Part shown: positions 12,900 through 23,805 of the stretch, piece by piece
Layout of the letters: each line of letters starts with the position of its first letter
How positions within the stretch are numbered: position 1 is the stretch's first letter
NCBI RefSeq assembly: GCF_902713615.1
Contig: NC_052152.1
Coordinates: forward strand, 28,557,810-28,621,809
From: Scyliorhinus canicula
Taxonomy: Eukaryota
Direction: 5' to 3'
DNA length: 64,000 nucleotides
Program-made: the position numbers and the translations under genes
The notes under the pieces: generated by a model
What the model was told of the DNA's origin: nothing
What the model saw: the letters and a program-made list of their open reading frames with translations, nothing else
Database searches by the model: none

Positions 12900-15800
12900 A
12901 TAGTCTAACCTGTACACTGAAGGTAGTGAACGCAAGGCACATTGTGTATGCTATAATTAGAACTCCCATATAGTGAGTCTTACTTTAAATATTCACAAGA
13001 CCTTGTCTGGTAGCTTACAACCTCGACTAATCGGGAAGATCTTAGATAGAATCCTCCTCAACTATCACAAGAATCAGCAAGATCGGGGCCTGTGACATTG
13101 TCGGGGGAAGCACCCCTCTCTCCCTTGCCTCATTGAATGTCCTCATCAACATCAGCCCCAATCTCCCAGCGAACTTTTTATAGAACTCCACTGGGTACCC
13201 ATCCGGCCCCGGGGCTTTACCCGACTGCATGGCCTTCAGCCCCTCCGCTGTCTCTTCGATCCCGATCGGGACCCTCAGCCCACTACCAGCCCCCCGTCCA
13301 ACTTCGGGAAATTCAGCCCCCCGAGAAAGTGCCTCATCCCCTCCGGCACCGTAGGGGGTTCCAACCCATACAGCCGACTATAAAACTCTTTAAACGCCTT
13401 ATTCACCCCCTGCTGAGTCTCCAACCAGGTTCTCATCTCCATCCTTTACTTTCCCTGTCTCCTTGGCTGCCTCCCTCTTTCTAAGCTGCTGTGCAAGCAT
13501 TCTGCTGGCCTTCTCTCCATGCTCATAAATTGCCCCCCTCGCCTTTCTCAGCTATTCCACCGCCCTCCCTGTGGTTAACAAGACAAACGCCGCCTGTAGC
13601 CTCCGCCGTTCCCTTAAAAGCCCTGCCTCTGGGGTCTCCGCATAGTATCTCCTTTACCAGTCGGTCCCTCTCTGCCCTGTCTACCTTCTCCCTCTGGGCC
13701 CGTATCGAGATCAGCTACCCTCTGACCACTGCCTTCAATGCCTCCCAGATGACCGCTGCCGAAATTTCCCCCTGTGTCATTGACCTCCAGGTAATTCTGA
13801 ATACATTTCCTCAACTGCCCGCACACCTCCTCGTCCGCTAAAAGCCCCACGTCTAACCTTCAGTGCGTGTGCTGATTACTGTCTTTACTAACCTGCAGGT
13901 CAATCCAGTGTGGGACATGGTCTGAGATTGTGATCGCCGAGTACCCCGTGTCCACAACCCCCGTCAGTAGAGCCCTGCTCAGAATAAAGAAATCAATCCA
14001 GGAGTACACTTTATGCATGTGTGAGTAGAAGGAGAACTCCTTTACTCATGGCTGCCCAAATCTTCATGGGTCCACCCCCCTATCTGCTCCATGAACCCTT
14101 TTAGCTCCTTAGCCATTGCTCGCACCCTGCCCGTTTTTGAGCTTGACTCAACAACAGGGTCAATAACTGTATTGAAGTCCCCTCCCATGACCAGTGTATG
14201 CGAATTCAGGTCCAGTATCTTCCCCAGCATCCTCTTTATTAACTCCACATCATCCCAGTTTGGCGCATATACATTTACTGGTAATACCTGCACCCCCTCC
14301 AATTTCCCACTGACCATAATGTACCTGCCTCCCCCATCCAAAACTATTCTTCCCGCCTCAAACACGACTCGCTTGTTGATCAGGATCGCGACTCCTCTGG
14401 TCTTCAAGTCCAGTCCCGAGTGAAAAACCTGTCGGATCCAACTTTTCCTTAACCTAATCTGGTCAGCTACTCTAAGGTGTGCCTCCGCAGCATTACCATG
14501 TCCGCCTTCAGTTCTCTCAGAAGCACGAACACGCGTGCCTTCTTGACCGGCCCAATGAGCCCTCTTACATTCCAGTGATCAGTCTAGCTGGGGGGCTCAT
14601 CGCCCCCCACCCCCCTTTCGCCAATCAGCCATCTCCTCTCTTGGGCCAATCGCTAGCCCGCACCCCATGCCTCCACCGGCCCACCCCCAGGCAGCCTCCG
14701 CCCCCAACCTCCTCACTGTCCCTCAGCAAAAGTCCCTCCCTCATCAGCAGAACATTCCCCCCCCCCCCCCCCCCCAGTAACAGCACAAAATAAATCAACC
14801 CCTTTGATAAGCCTAACATCTGCTCACCCCCTACTATGCTTCCGTAAGATAGCCCGCCCAGCTATCTTGGTGGCCCTCGTCCCTGGTGCCAGACAATCTC
14901 CCACCTATTGTTCCCTACCCACCCTCCCCCCGCTCATACAAACATATTCAAATGAAAAACAATCCTAACACAATTGTCCGACAGAGATTTAAAAAAAAAC
15001 AAGTTGAACACAAAGAAAAAGATCAACTAAATGATCCAGCATCTGAACAAACATACCTCCATTCCCCAACAGTGCAAATGCAAACTATACCTCACTCAGC
15101 TCTGCAGCTGGCCCCAGATCCATACAGCAGGCATAACAAATAACGTCCGATAGAGCAAGAAACAAGAAACTTTTTGTGAAAAACATAAACACTACAGCAA
15201 AATTCAAAGTTCTCAGTCCGACACTAGTCCTTTCCTTTTCGCAAAGTCCAGCGCTTCCTCAGGCGACTCGAAATAGAAATGTTGTTCCTCGTGTGTTACC
15301 CAGAGGCGGGCCAAATACAACAGCCCGGACTTCACATTTTCCTTGAAAAGGGTCAACCAGATCTGGTTAAACCCCGCTCTTCTCCTGGCCACCTCCGCAC
15401 TCAGGCCTTGATAGATCCGCAGGATATTGTTGTCCCATTTGTGCCTCCATGTCTGCTTGGCCCACAATAAAACGTGCTCCTTATCCAGATATCTGTGGAA
15501 TCTCACCACCATTGCCCTCAGGGAGTCTCCCATTCGGGCTTCCTCGCAAGCGCTCTGTGAGCCCTGTCCACCTCCAAGGGTCGGGGGAATGCCCCATCCC
15601 CCAGCAACTTCCGAACATGGCCGCGATGTATGCCCCAGCGTCCACTCCTTCGGACCCTCCGGGAGCCCAACGATCCTCAAGCTCTGCAGGTGGGACCTGT
15701 TCTCTAGGTCCTTCAAGTTCTCCAGGAGCCTTTTCTGCTGGTCACTCAGCATCCCCACCTCCAACTCCACCGCTGTTTGATGTTAGTCCTGGTCAGCCAG

Positions 15801-16271
15801 TGCCTTCTCTACTTTCTGGATCGCCCGATTTTGAGCATCCAATCTAAGTTCCAGCCACAAAATTGCCTTTTTAATCGGGTCCAAGCAGTTCTGCTTCTGC
15901 TTGGCGAAGCCCTTCTGGATAACTTGCATCAACTACTCCATTGACCACTGGGTCGACAAGCCAGAGGTCCGGTCCTCCGCCATGCTTCCTCCCACTGCAG
16001 CTTCAGCCCAAGCCTTCTCTGTCTTTCTGTTTGTGCCTGTACAAGCACTCCTAGTCCTCCTCTCCATCCACTGATTGGGGAATTCAGTTCACAATTGCTT
16101 CTGTCATCAATTTTCAACTCAAGTCCGGTAAAAAAATCATGGGAAAAGGTCCAAAAGCCCGACTCGAGCGGAAACCACCAAATGTGCGACTTACTCCTTC
16201 ATAGCAGCCACCGGAAGTCTCCCAATCTTCCCACTGTTGACCCTGTGCACTCTGCCAGTGCATCATCTCTG

Positions 16272-16554
16272 TAATAATAATAATCTTTATTATTGTCACA
16301 AGTTGGCTTACATTATCACTGCAATGAAGTTACTGTGAAAATCTCCTCGCTGCCAAACTATGGCGTCTGTTCGGGTACACTGAGGGAGAATTCCGAATGT
16401 CCAAATGACCTAACAGCGTGTCTTTCGGGACTTGTGGGATGAAACTGGAGCACCCACAGGAAACCCACGCAGATGTAGGGTGAACATGCAAACTCCACAC
16501 AGACAGTGACCCAAGTTGGGCATCGAACCTGAGATCTGGCGCAGTGAAGCAACA
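16272..16554 (-). mobile_element. V-SINE with a longer tail ending (ATT)n; similar copies at ~37550-38035
   Basis: V-core GTGGAGTTTGCATGTTC..GGGTTTCC; tail cagtaacttcattgcagtg..aagccaacttgtgacaataa. Confidence 0.8.
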
Positions 16555-16930
16555 GTGCTCTCCGGTGCTATGTCTTTTCGTCCGACGTCACTTCGTCCAA
16601 TGACACTTCGTCCACGTCTTTTGGTCCTACGTCTTTTTGTCCGATGATTTTCTTCGTCAAAGACTTTTTGTAACTTGTTATGTCTTTTTGTCCGATGATT
16701 GTTTTTGTCAAAGACTTTTTGTAACTTGACTTTTTGTAAATAGAAATCAAGGTATAATATCTTCTCTAATGCACATAGCAAGGTATAATATGTAATAAAG
16801 GATTTTTATTACCGGTCTCTTTCCTTTAACGAGCCTCGTTTAAGGATAGTTATTATCGTTCTCTTTCCATTAACGAGCCTCGTTAAAGGATAGTTATTAT
16901 CGTTCTCTTTCTTAGTTCGCCCATCCCGAA

Positions 16931-18346
16931 ATGGCAAAGTTCATAGTGTCGACGAAGAGCAAAAGGAAGGTAGCTGATGAAAGTAACTATATCTACGATT
17001 TTCATTCAAGCAGTACAAACCTAGGAAAAGAATACTGGAGATGTGAGAAAAGAAGGCTGTGTTCAGTGCGGATTCACACGGTAACGGAAAACAATGAGCC
17101 AAAAATTATTTATTTTTCTAATGAGCACCTTCATCCAGCTGATGTTGATTCGTTAAATGCTAGAAAAGCAGTTGCAGAAATAAAGCATGAAGCAGTGGAA
17201 AACATAGCAGCAAGTTCGCGTAGCATTCTAGCGGCCAAGTTTACGCAGCTATCAGAAAATACCTGCTCTCAACTACCTAGGTTGCCCGTCGTCTCAAGGA
17301 CTATTCAAAGGTGCCGACAAAAAAATTCTGGATTTCCCGCTAATCCAGCGGCTAGACACGGTTTTGAAATACCTGACGAATATTGTAAACTTGACAATGG
17401 CGAACAGTTTCTGAGATACAATTCGGGTGCCGAGGATCAACAGCGCTTACTAGTATTCGCATCAGAAAGTGCTCTTCAGGATTTAGCATCATATCGTCAT
17501 TGGGCATGTGATGGAACATTCAAGATTGTGCCACAACAGTGGTTTCAACTGTTCTGCATTCATGTACAAGTTAAAGGTAGCAGTTTTCCATGGGTCTTTG
17601 CATTACTGCCGAATAAAAGAAAGCAGACATACAAATTATTTTTTGACCAATTGAAAATTATGCAACCTAATGCAGATCCGATTAATATCATGGCAGATTT
17701 CGAAGTTGCAGTTCAGAAGGCAATTAATTCATCATTCCTTAATTCATCTGTCGTGGCATGTTTGTTTCATTTGAGCCAATCAGTGTTTCGAAAAATTACA
17801 GATTTAGGCCTCAAAGAAAAATACAATACAGACTCTGAATTCTGTCTTAAAATTCGATGTTTTTCAGCATTAGCTTTCCTCCCCGTTGAAGATGTCGAAG
17901 AGGCTTATGAAGATTTAATAGACGGTGAAGAAATACCTGCTGAATTCATCGTTTACTTCAACTTGACTTACATAGGCATTGTGAGAGGACGTGGTGCTAG
18001 ACGAAGGAGAGAAACACCTACATTCCCGACAGCTGTATGGAATGTTAATCAGCGTGTTCTACAAGATCTACCGAGAACAAATAATGCTGCTGAGGGGTTT
18101 CATTCTGTGATAAAGCGTTCGGCGGGTGGAGCTCATTTGAATATTTGGAGGTTAATCAAAACTCTGAAGGAAGAGGAAGGGTTCATAATAGGCAAAAAGG
18201 CTCAAATTCTTCGGGGAGATCAGTCGACTTCATGTACGCGATATAAGAAAATAACTGAACGCCTCAAAAGATTGGTCGCTGAATATGATTCTACAACAAA
18301 AATTGATTTTTTGAGGAATGTTGCATATAATTTGCATCAATTTTAA
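16931..18346 (+). CDS. FLYWCH-MULE DDE transposase, 471 aa, uninterrupted
   Basis: N-terminal FLYWCH-like YWRC..C..H.H; catalytic motifs CDGTF (D), ADFE (D), CLFH (CxxH) and RTNNAAEGFH (E). Confidence 0.92.
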   Translation: MAKFIVSTKSKRKVADESNYIYDFHSSSTNLGKEYWRCEKRRLCSVRIHTVTENNEPKIIYFSNEHLHPADVDSLNARKAVAEIKHEAVENIAASSRSILAAKFTQLSENTCSQLPRLPVVSRTIQRCRQKNSGFPANPAARHGFEIPDEYCKLDNGEQFLRYNSGAEDQQRLLVFASESALQDLASYRHWACDGTFKIVPQQWFQLFCIHVQVKGSSFPWVFALLPNKRKQTYKLFFDQLKIMQPNADPINIMADFEVAVQKAINSSFLNSSVVACLFHLSQSVFRKITDLGLKEKYNTDSEFCLKIRCFSALAFLPVEDVEEAYEDLIDGEEIPAEFIVYFNLTYIGIVRGRGARRRRETPTFPTAVWNVNQRVLQDLPRTNNAAEGFHSVIKRSAGGAHLNIWRLIKTLKEEEGFIIGKKAQILRGDQSTSCTRYKKITERLKRLVAEYDSTTKIDFLRNVAYNLHQF

Positions 18347-18705
18347 GTAATTAGTAAACTTTTAGATTTTTTAACGACATTTTCCAACTGTATTTTCTAA
18401 GTGATATGATATCTTCCGGGAATTTTAAGTAATTAGTAAACTTTTAGATTTTTTAACTACATTTTTCAACTGTATTTTCTAAGTGATATGATATCTTCCG
18501 GGAATTTTAAGTAATTAGTAAACTTTTAGATTTTTAAACTACATTTTGCAACTGTATTTTCTAAGTGATATGATATCTTTCGGGAATTTTAACTTTTAAA
18601 TTTACTTGCTGTATTTTACTTGCATTTTATCAATTAAATTCTCATAGTAAACTTTTAGATTTACTTGCTGTATTTTACTTGCATTTTATCAATTAAATTC
18701 TCATT
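18340..18705 (+). repeat. Subterminal tandem repeats inside the MULE
   Basis: Three 82-bp units (starts 18340, 18422, 18504), then two ~46-bp units; a ~40-bp duplication also at 16826-16911. Confidence 0.9.
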
Positions 18706-18866
18706 GAAGATATTATACCTGGTTTTCTACGGAGTTTATTTGTAATTGGACAAAAAGACGTTGGACCAAAAGACGTGCGGACAAAAAGACGTTGGACCAA
18801 AAGACGTGGACGAAGTGTCGGTGGACGAAGTGACGTTGGATGAAAAGACGCGACACGGTGCTCTCC

Positions 18867-19445
18867 ACCCTTCCATCCATCTCCCTCCAGAATGTCCGTT
18901 CACTTAAACAAAGCCCTTGCCAATTATGGACTTATCGTGGACATTGCATCAATGTCATGGCCTTAATAGAAACTTGGTTGACGGGTAACAACAGTTTCCC
19001 CTTAACTGAAACTTCTATATCTGGCCATACCGCCCACCACTTGCACCAACCAGCTGTGGTTGGCTGGTTATTATCAACAGATCACACCTTGTCTGTCTCC
19101 TTACTCCTCTAGCACTTTCTCCTCCCTCGATCATCTCACCTTGTTCAACCACCCCCACCCACCCCCCCCCCCCCCCCCACCCCCCACCCCACCCCACCAC
19201 CAATACCACTCATTTAATATCATTGTTTTCTACCAACCATTCATGTATCATGCCAAGGTTTTCAGTGAGAAACCATCACTGCTTTCCTCCCTCAGCCTTT
19301 GTACCAAGTATCTTCTTATTTTTGGTAACTTCAAACTCCCAACTAAATTAATAACGTTTTCTCTCCTGCCTTCACTGCCATCCTATCCTCCCTCATCTCT
19401 CCTTCCATATACTATAAAAACTCATCAACAAATGTCCAAGGCCAA
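18867..19445 (+). mobile_element. L2-type LINE relic, 5' part; resumes ~27765-29330 after the Gypsy insertion
   Basis: SLQNVRSL..ALIETWL endonuclease motif, later IFGNFK; C/T-rich coding strand typical of L2. Confidence 0.6.
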
Positions 19446-19697
19446 CCTGCGGTTATGATGATGGGGGAAAACCTGGAATTATACAAGAACATATTGGACT
19501 TTAAAAAAGACATGAGTTGTATATTTTTTTAATGGACATAGACACCGAAGATGGCCGAGAATGCACAACTAGCTACTGACAGGGATGACTGTAGAGGGTA
19601 TCCCAGCCGGATGGGGTCAAATCAGGGGGTCTAACCCGGATCAGTAACTTTTGGTGAACCCCACCTGGGGCTGGATGGAACAAATTGGGAAGCTCGT

Positions 19698-20778
19698 TGT
19701 AGCCACCGAAGTTGGCCACTTACCGACCCAAAATGGCGTCTTACAAAGGTTGCAGGGAAAACTGGACAATTATAAAGAGACAAGCAGTTTGCAGAAGTTC
19801 ATGTGTATTCTGGCTGCAAAGAAAGCAGACAGCACCGAAACCAGCAGTTTGCATATTAATGAAATGAAATGAATGAAAATCGCTTATTGTCACGAGTAGG
19901 CTTCAAATGAAGTTACTGTGAAAAGCCCCTAGTCGCCACATTCCGGCGCCTGTTTGGGGAGGCTGTTACGGGAATCAAACCGTGCTGCTGGCTTGCCTTG
20001 GTCTGCTTTCAAAGCCAGCGATTTAGCCCTGTGAGCTAAACAGCCCTGGGAACAATGGATACAACGATTAGCTACAATTGGGACATTCTATGGCAGGTCA
20101 GACTTCCTGGTGCCAACGGGGTCTGAAACAAAAGGAAACAAACCAGTTAGGAAGAACCGCCCCGCGATCGAGGGATAGCCTCAGTATTGGGGGATTCGTA
20201 CCAATCGATTGGGATGAGACCCAATCAATTGACAAGAGGATCGGGGTCCGCCCAAAAGGGCGCGAAGTCCCTGGGACCTATAAAAGTCAGGTCCCAAGTC
20301 CAGTTCGCTCTCTTAGCCGGCCCTCCCAGCAGAACACCTTTGCAGCAGCTCTCTAAGAACTTGACCGTGAGAAGGAGAGGCCTGGCCAACAGCTACACCA
20401 ACAAGTAAGTGTCCAACCACCGCACGCTACGAGAATAGACATTCCTGACCCCTTAGCCCGTACGAACTGGGAAGTCTGCAGTCTCAGGACAGAACGAGAG
20501 GCCATTGTTCCCTGATCTAGTGGGTTCCCTTATCGAAGATAAGTATTGGCTTATAGTGGTAGGAATAGTTTAGTCCGTTAGTATTAGTTGCATGAGTATC
20601 AATTTACTGTGTAAATAATAAACGTGTTTGATTGAACCTTACTAACTGGTGTATTGAGTCATTGATCTGAACTTGAACTTGAACCTCGTGGCGGTATCAT
20701 AAGGATACCTGGCGACTCTAGAGCTAAGGAATAAAACAGCCAATTGAGTGTTAAGCACACTCACCAGAACGAGCAACA
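19698..20778 (+). mobile_element. Solo LTR (same family as 40898-41831) with a nested SINE
   Basis: TGTAGCCACCGAAGTTGGCCA...GAACGAGCAACA; TATAAA ~20279, AATAAA ~20616; flanked by a 58-bp direct repeat. Confidence 0.85.
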
Positions 20779-21508
20779 TTTATCAGTAACTTTTGGGGAA
20801 CCCCACCTGGGGCTGGATGGAACAAGTTGGGAAGCTTGTCCAGGAAATTGGAACCAAATTGGGGGCTTATCTTGCTGATATTGAGGGTTAGCAAATTGGG
20901 GACTCATGGACAGGTGAAAAGAATTAGAGTGGGAAAGTAAATTATTCCTTAAAACTGATTTTTAAGCAACTTCAAAAAAGGCTTTCTTCAGTCTACACTG
21001 TTAAACTTTTTTAAAAAAATGTCTACGTTTGATACCAATACTTTTCTTGAAGATCCGAGAGTGCTACGTTTGAGGATTTAAAAGGTCTGTCCCTTGAACA
21101 GTTAGAAGTGTTAGTGATGCACTTAGAATTAGAATTTAAGCCAGAAACCTGAAATATTAAAAGAGGTGGCCAATCGTCTCCAGGTGGAAATTGAGGACAA
21201 TGAAATAGATAGCACAGCAGGAAATGGGTTCAAATTGGAGTCACGGAAATTAGAATTTCAGGAGAGATAAAAGGAAAGAGAATTTCAGGACGGAGAGAAG
21301 TTCAGGGATTTTTAACTAAAATTGCTCATGCTGAGGGGCAAGAATCCTGCTGCGTCCCTCGAAGACACCACCAGCTTGGACTTGAGGTTTGAGGCAACCT
21401 GGTTTGCTCATTTAATCCCTAGGTTTGATGAAGCAGAGGTACAAACCTTCTTTATCTCTTTCGGACGGTTAGCACAGCAGTTAAAGTGGCCGGTCCAACA
21501 ATGGTCCC

Positions 21509-21911
21509 TGTCATAATATACACCAGTATATCATGGTGCAGACACACACACTGATTGACACACAGTAAGACCAATCAACACACACAACACCGCGGCCAAT
21601 CACCAGTTAGAGCACACTCACTATAAAGACAGAGGGCATCAGTTTTCCCGCTCATTTGGGATGCAGCCTCTCAGAAGGACAGAGCTCACAGCTTGCAGCA
21701 CAGATCTTCACCATGTGCTGAGGTAATAGAGTGGTTAGGATAGGCATAGGTCTTTAGTTTAATCTAACATAGTGTCGACCCACAGTGAAAGTATGTTCAA
21801 CAGTTTCTAGCTTAATAAAATAGTGTTGTACTATTTCAAGCGTTGTTAGCCTGTATGTGTTACTGCTGAGGTAAACGCAGTCTCCACAGATCCAGAGGAC
21901 CCAACACATCA
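21509..21911 (+). mobile_element. Solo LTR
   Basis: TGTCAT...CATCA; 5-bp TSD GTCCC (21504-21508, 21912-21916); CCAAT, TATAAA, AATAAA. Confidence 0.9.
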
Positions 21912-22297
21912 GTCCCTATTACTACGGAGTAAACTTTCAGGGAAAGCTCAGAAGATTTATTCCCTTTTGCCTGAGGAAAGTGCCACTAACTATGAGGCAG
22001 TGAAACGAGCTGTATTAAATGTGTAACAAGTGTGTAAGTGTGTAACAGTTAGTGCCGGAGGCGTACCATCAGAAATTCCGTGCCCTCAGGAAACAGCCTG
22101 ACCAGACTTGCCTGGAATTTGGGGCTGAAGCAACTTACTTTTGGCCAGTGGGTGCAGGCATTCCAATAAGAGCCCACCCAGGGCGGGCTCAAGGCACCGG
22201 CAACTCGGGCAGTCGTCCGGGGCGCCATGTGCTAGGGGGCGCCAGACTCGGGTCCCGCGCATGCGCAGTTGGGCCGGTGCCAACCAGCGCATGCGCG

Positions 22298-22410
22298 GTG
22301 GCCGCCCTCCCCCGCTGTGGCCGCCCTCCCCCGCTGTGGCCGCCCTCCCCCGCTGTGGCCGCCCTCCCCCGCTGTGGCCGCCCTCCCCCGCTGTGGCCGC
22401 CCTCCCCCAG
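22298..22410 (+). repeat. 19-bp minisatellite, ~6 copies
   Basis: (GTGGCCGCCCTCCCCCGCT)n. Confidence 0.9.
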
Positions 22411-23341
22411 GGGAATGGGACAGTTCAGCGCCGACGTTTCAGCGCTGCCGTTTCAGCGCCTGGACGTTTCAGCGTCAAAAATTTCAGCGCCAAAAATTTC
22501 AGCTGGCCAGCGCTCATTCATTCACAGGTCACTTTACAAGCGCAACGAGATTAACAGGGGAGCCAAAAAGCTGCAGTGCAAAGGTGGTGACACAGGTATA
22601 CTTAGTTATAACACTTAGTTACTTGGCCTTTTTTTGGAGTTTTATTACTGTGTGCTAAGTGGTGTGCAGAACCCAGATACAGAAGCCTCACCCCCAAGGT
22701 CTGCTTAAATGTCATGTCTGATGCTTTTAAAATTTGCTTCTCTTTAAACATGGGGATAAAAATCCCATGCTCTTTAAACATAGGGGAGAAAAAGCTGAAA
22801 CTGTCAGTGAGAGTTTTGAAAAACCCTCCGTTGAACTACATGTCATCTGGTGTAGGTTAGAAAACAATTTACCATCTGCTCATGCGGTTTCAATAATCAA
22901 TAATCAATTATCACTCCCCCCAAGGACTATTATTATGACTGTATCCCGCTCCTTTCATTCTTTTCGTCTCTCTTGAGGGTGTTATTTCTAATCATGGTGC
23001 ACTCTGTTGGTCGGGTTAGTTTCCCGGGGTCCCCCTGGCTGGGGCTGGAGTGATTATTCTTTTCCTCTTAATATGAATGGGGACAGTACATTTTCCCTGC
23101 TGGGACGGGAGAGGTTTGGATTTGGATGGGGTGCAGGTCCAATGATATGGCCAGTATCCTGTTGTCCCTGGGTACTTGGGATGTTCCTTCTGGAGGATGC
23201 TTATGAGGGGCAGTTCCCCAAGGTCTTGTTTTTTCTGCTGTATGATTTTTTTTTTCTGGTGCTGAAATGTCCTGTCGCTGAAAAGTCCTGTCGCTGAAAA
23301 GTCCTGGCGCTGAAACGGCAGCGCTGAAACGTACCGCACCC
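22411..23341. mobile_element. Non-autonomous MULE-type element nested in the hAT MITE
   Basis: TIRs made of TTTCAGCG/CGCTGAAA tandem motifs; 9-bp TSD CTCCCCCAG (22402-22410, 23342-23350). Confidence 0.8.
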
Positions 23342-23805
23342 CTCCCCCAGGGCGGCACCCCTCCCCCAGGGCGGCACCCCTCCCCCAGGGCGGCACCCCC
23401 CCCCCCGGTCCGCCCCCCCCCCCCCGGCGCGGGTCCGCCCCCCCGCCCTCCCATCGGGTCCGCCCCCCCCCCCGGGTCCGCCCCCCCCCCCCCCCCCCCC
23501 CCTCGGGTCCGCCCCCCCCCCCCGCCCTCCCCTCGGGTCCGCCCCCCCCCCCCCCGCCCTCCCCTCGGGTCCGCCCCCCCCGCCCTCCCCTCGGGTCCGC
23601 CCCCCCCGCCCTCCCCTCGGGTCCGCCCCCCCCTCGGGTCTGCCCCCCCCGCCCTCCCCTCGGGTCCGCCCCCCCCTCGGGTCCGCCCCCCCCGCCCTCC
23701 CCTCGGGTCCGCCCCCGGCCCCCCCCCCCCAGGCCCCGCCCCCGGCCCCCCAGGCCCCGCCCCCCTCCCAGGCCATGCCCCCCCCAGGCCCCGCCCCCCC
23801 TCCCC
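23342..23805 (+). repeat. C-rich minisatellite (G-quadruplex-prone on the minus strand)
   Basis: (CCCTCCCCCAGGGCGGCAC)n followed by (CCCTCCCCTCGGGTCCGCCCCCCCCG)n. Confidence 0.9.

Larger units (their letters stand above)
11400..13069 (+). mobile_element. Long solo LTR, spumavirus(foamy)-like endogenous retrovirus candidate
   Basis: TGTGGCGG...ATCACA ends; 4-bp TSD AGAA; inserted in L1 ORF2. TATAAA ~12224, splice-donor GTAAGT at 12365 upstream of AATAAA (~12495, 12539). About 1.1-1.2 kb after removing the nested inserts. The LTR call is firm; the foamy assignment is inference. Confidence 0.75.
9375..16221 (-). mobile_element. Full-length but frameshifted L1-clade LINE (ORF1 + APE-RT ORF2), interrupted by a solo LTR
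   Basis: ORF1 fragment LENRS..LRIVGLPEG (15213-15770); endonuclease GVAILINK/NVYAPN/GGDFN (14042-14407); RT DAEKAFDRVEW/RQGC..SPLLF (10843-11337), LYAGDLLL (10005-10874). TSD CCAATC(C/T)TCCCACT at 9361-9374 and 16222-16235. Confidence 0.92.
16564..18857 (+). mobile_element. Autonomous-type Mutator-like (MULE) DNA transposon
   Basis: About 80-bp imperfect TIRs built of GTCC/GGAC micro-repeats; perfect 9-bp TSD GTGCTCTCC (16555-16563, 18858-18866); single intact transposase ORF. Confidence 0.93.

Noticed and set aside
16410-16781. 123-aa ORF with repeated KLQKVFD motif
   Set aside because: Antisense translation of MULE TIR micro-repeats running into a SINE.
18340-18705. Regular repeats superficially like a CRISPR array
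   Set aside because: Contiguous tandem units with no unique spacers, inside a eukaryotic transposon; no cas genes.
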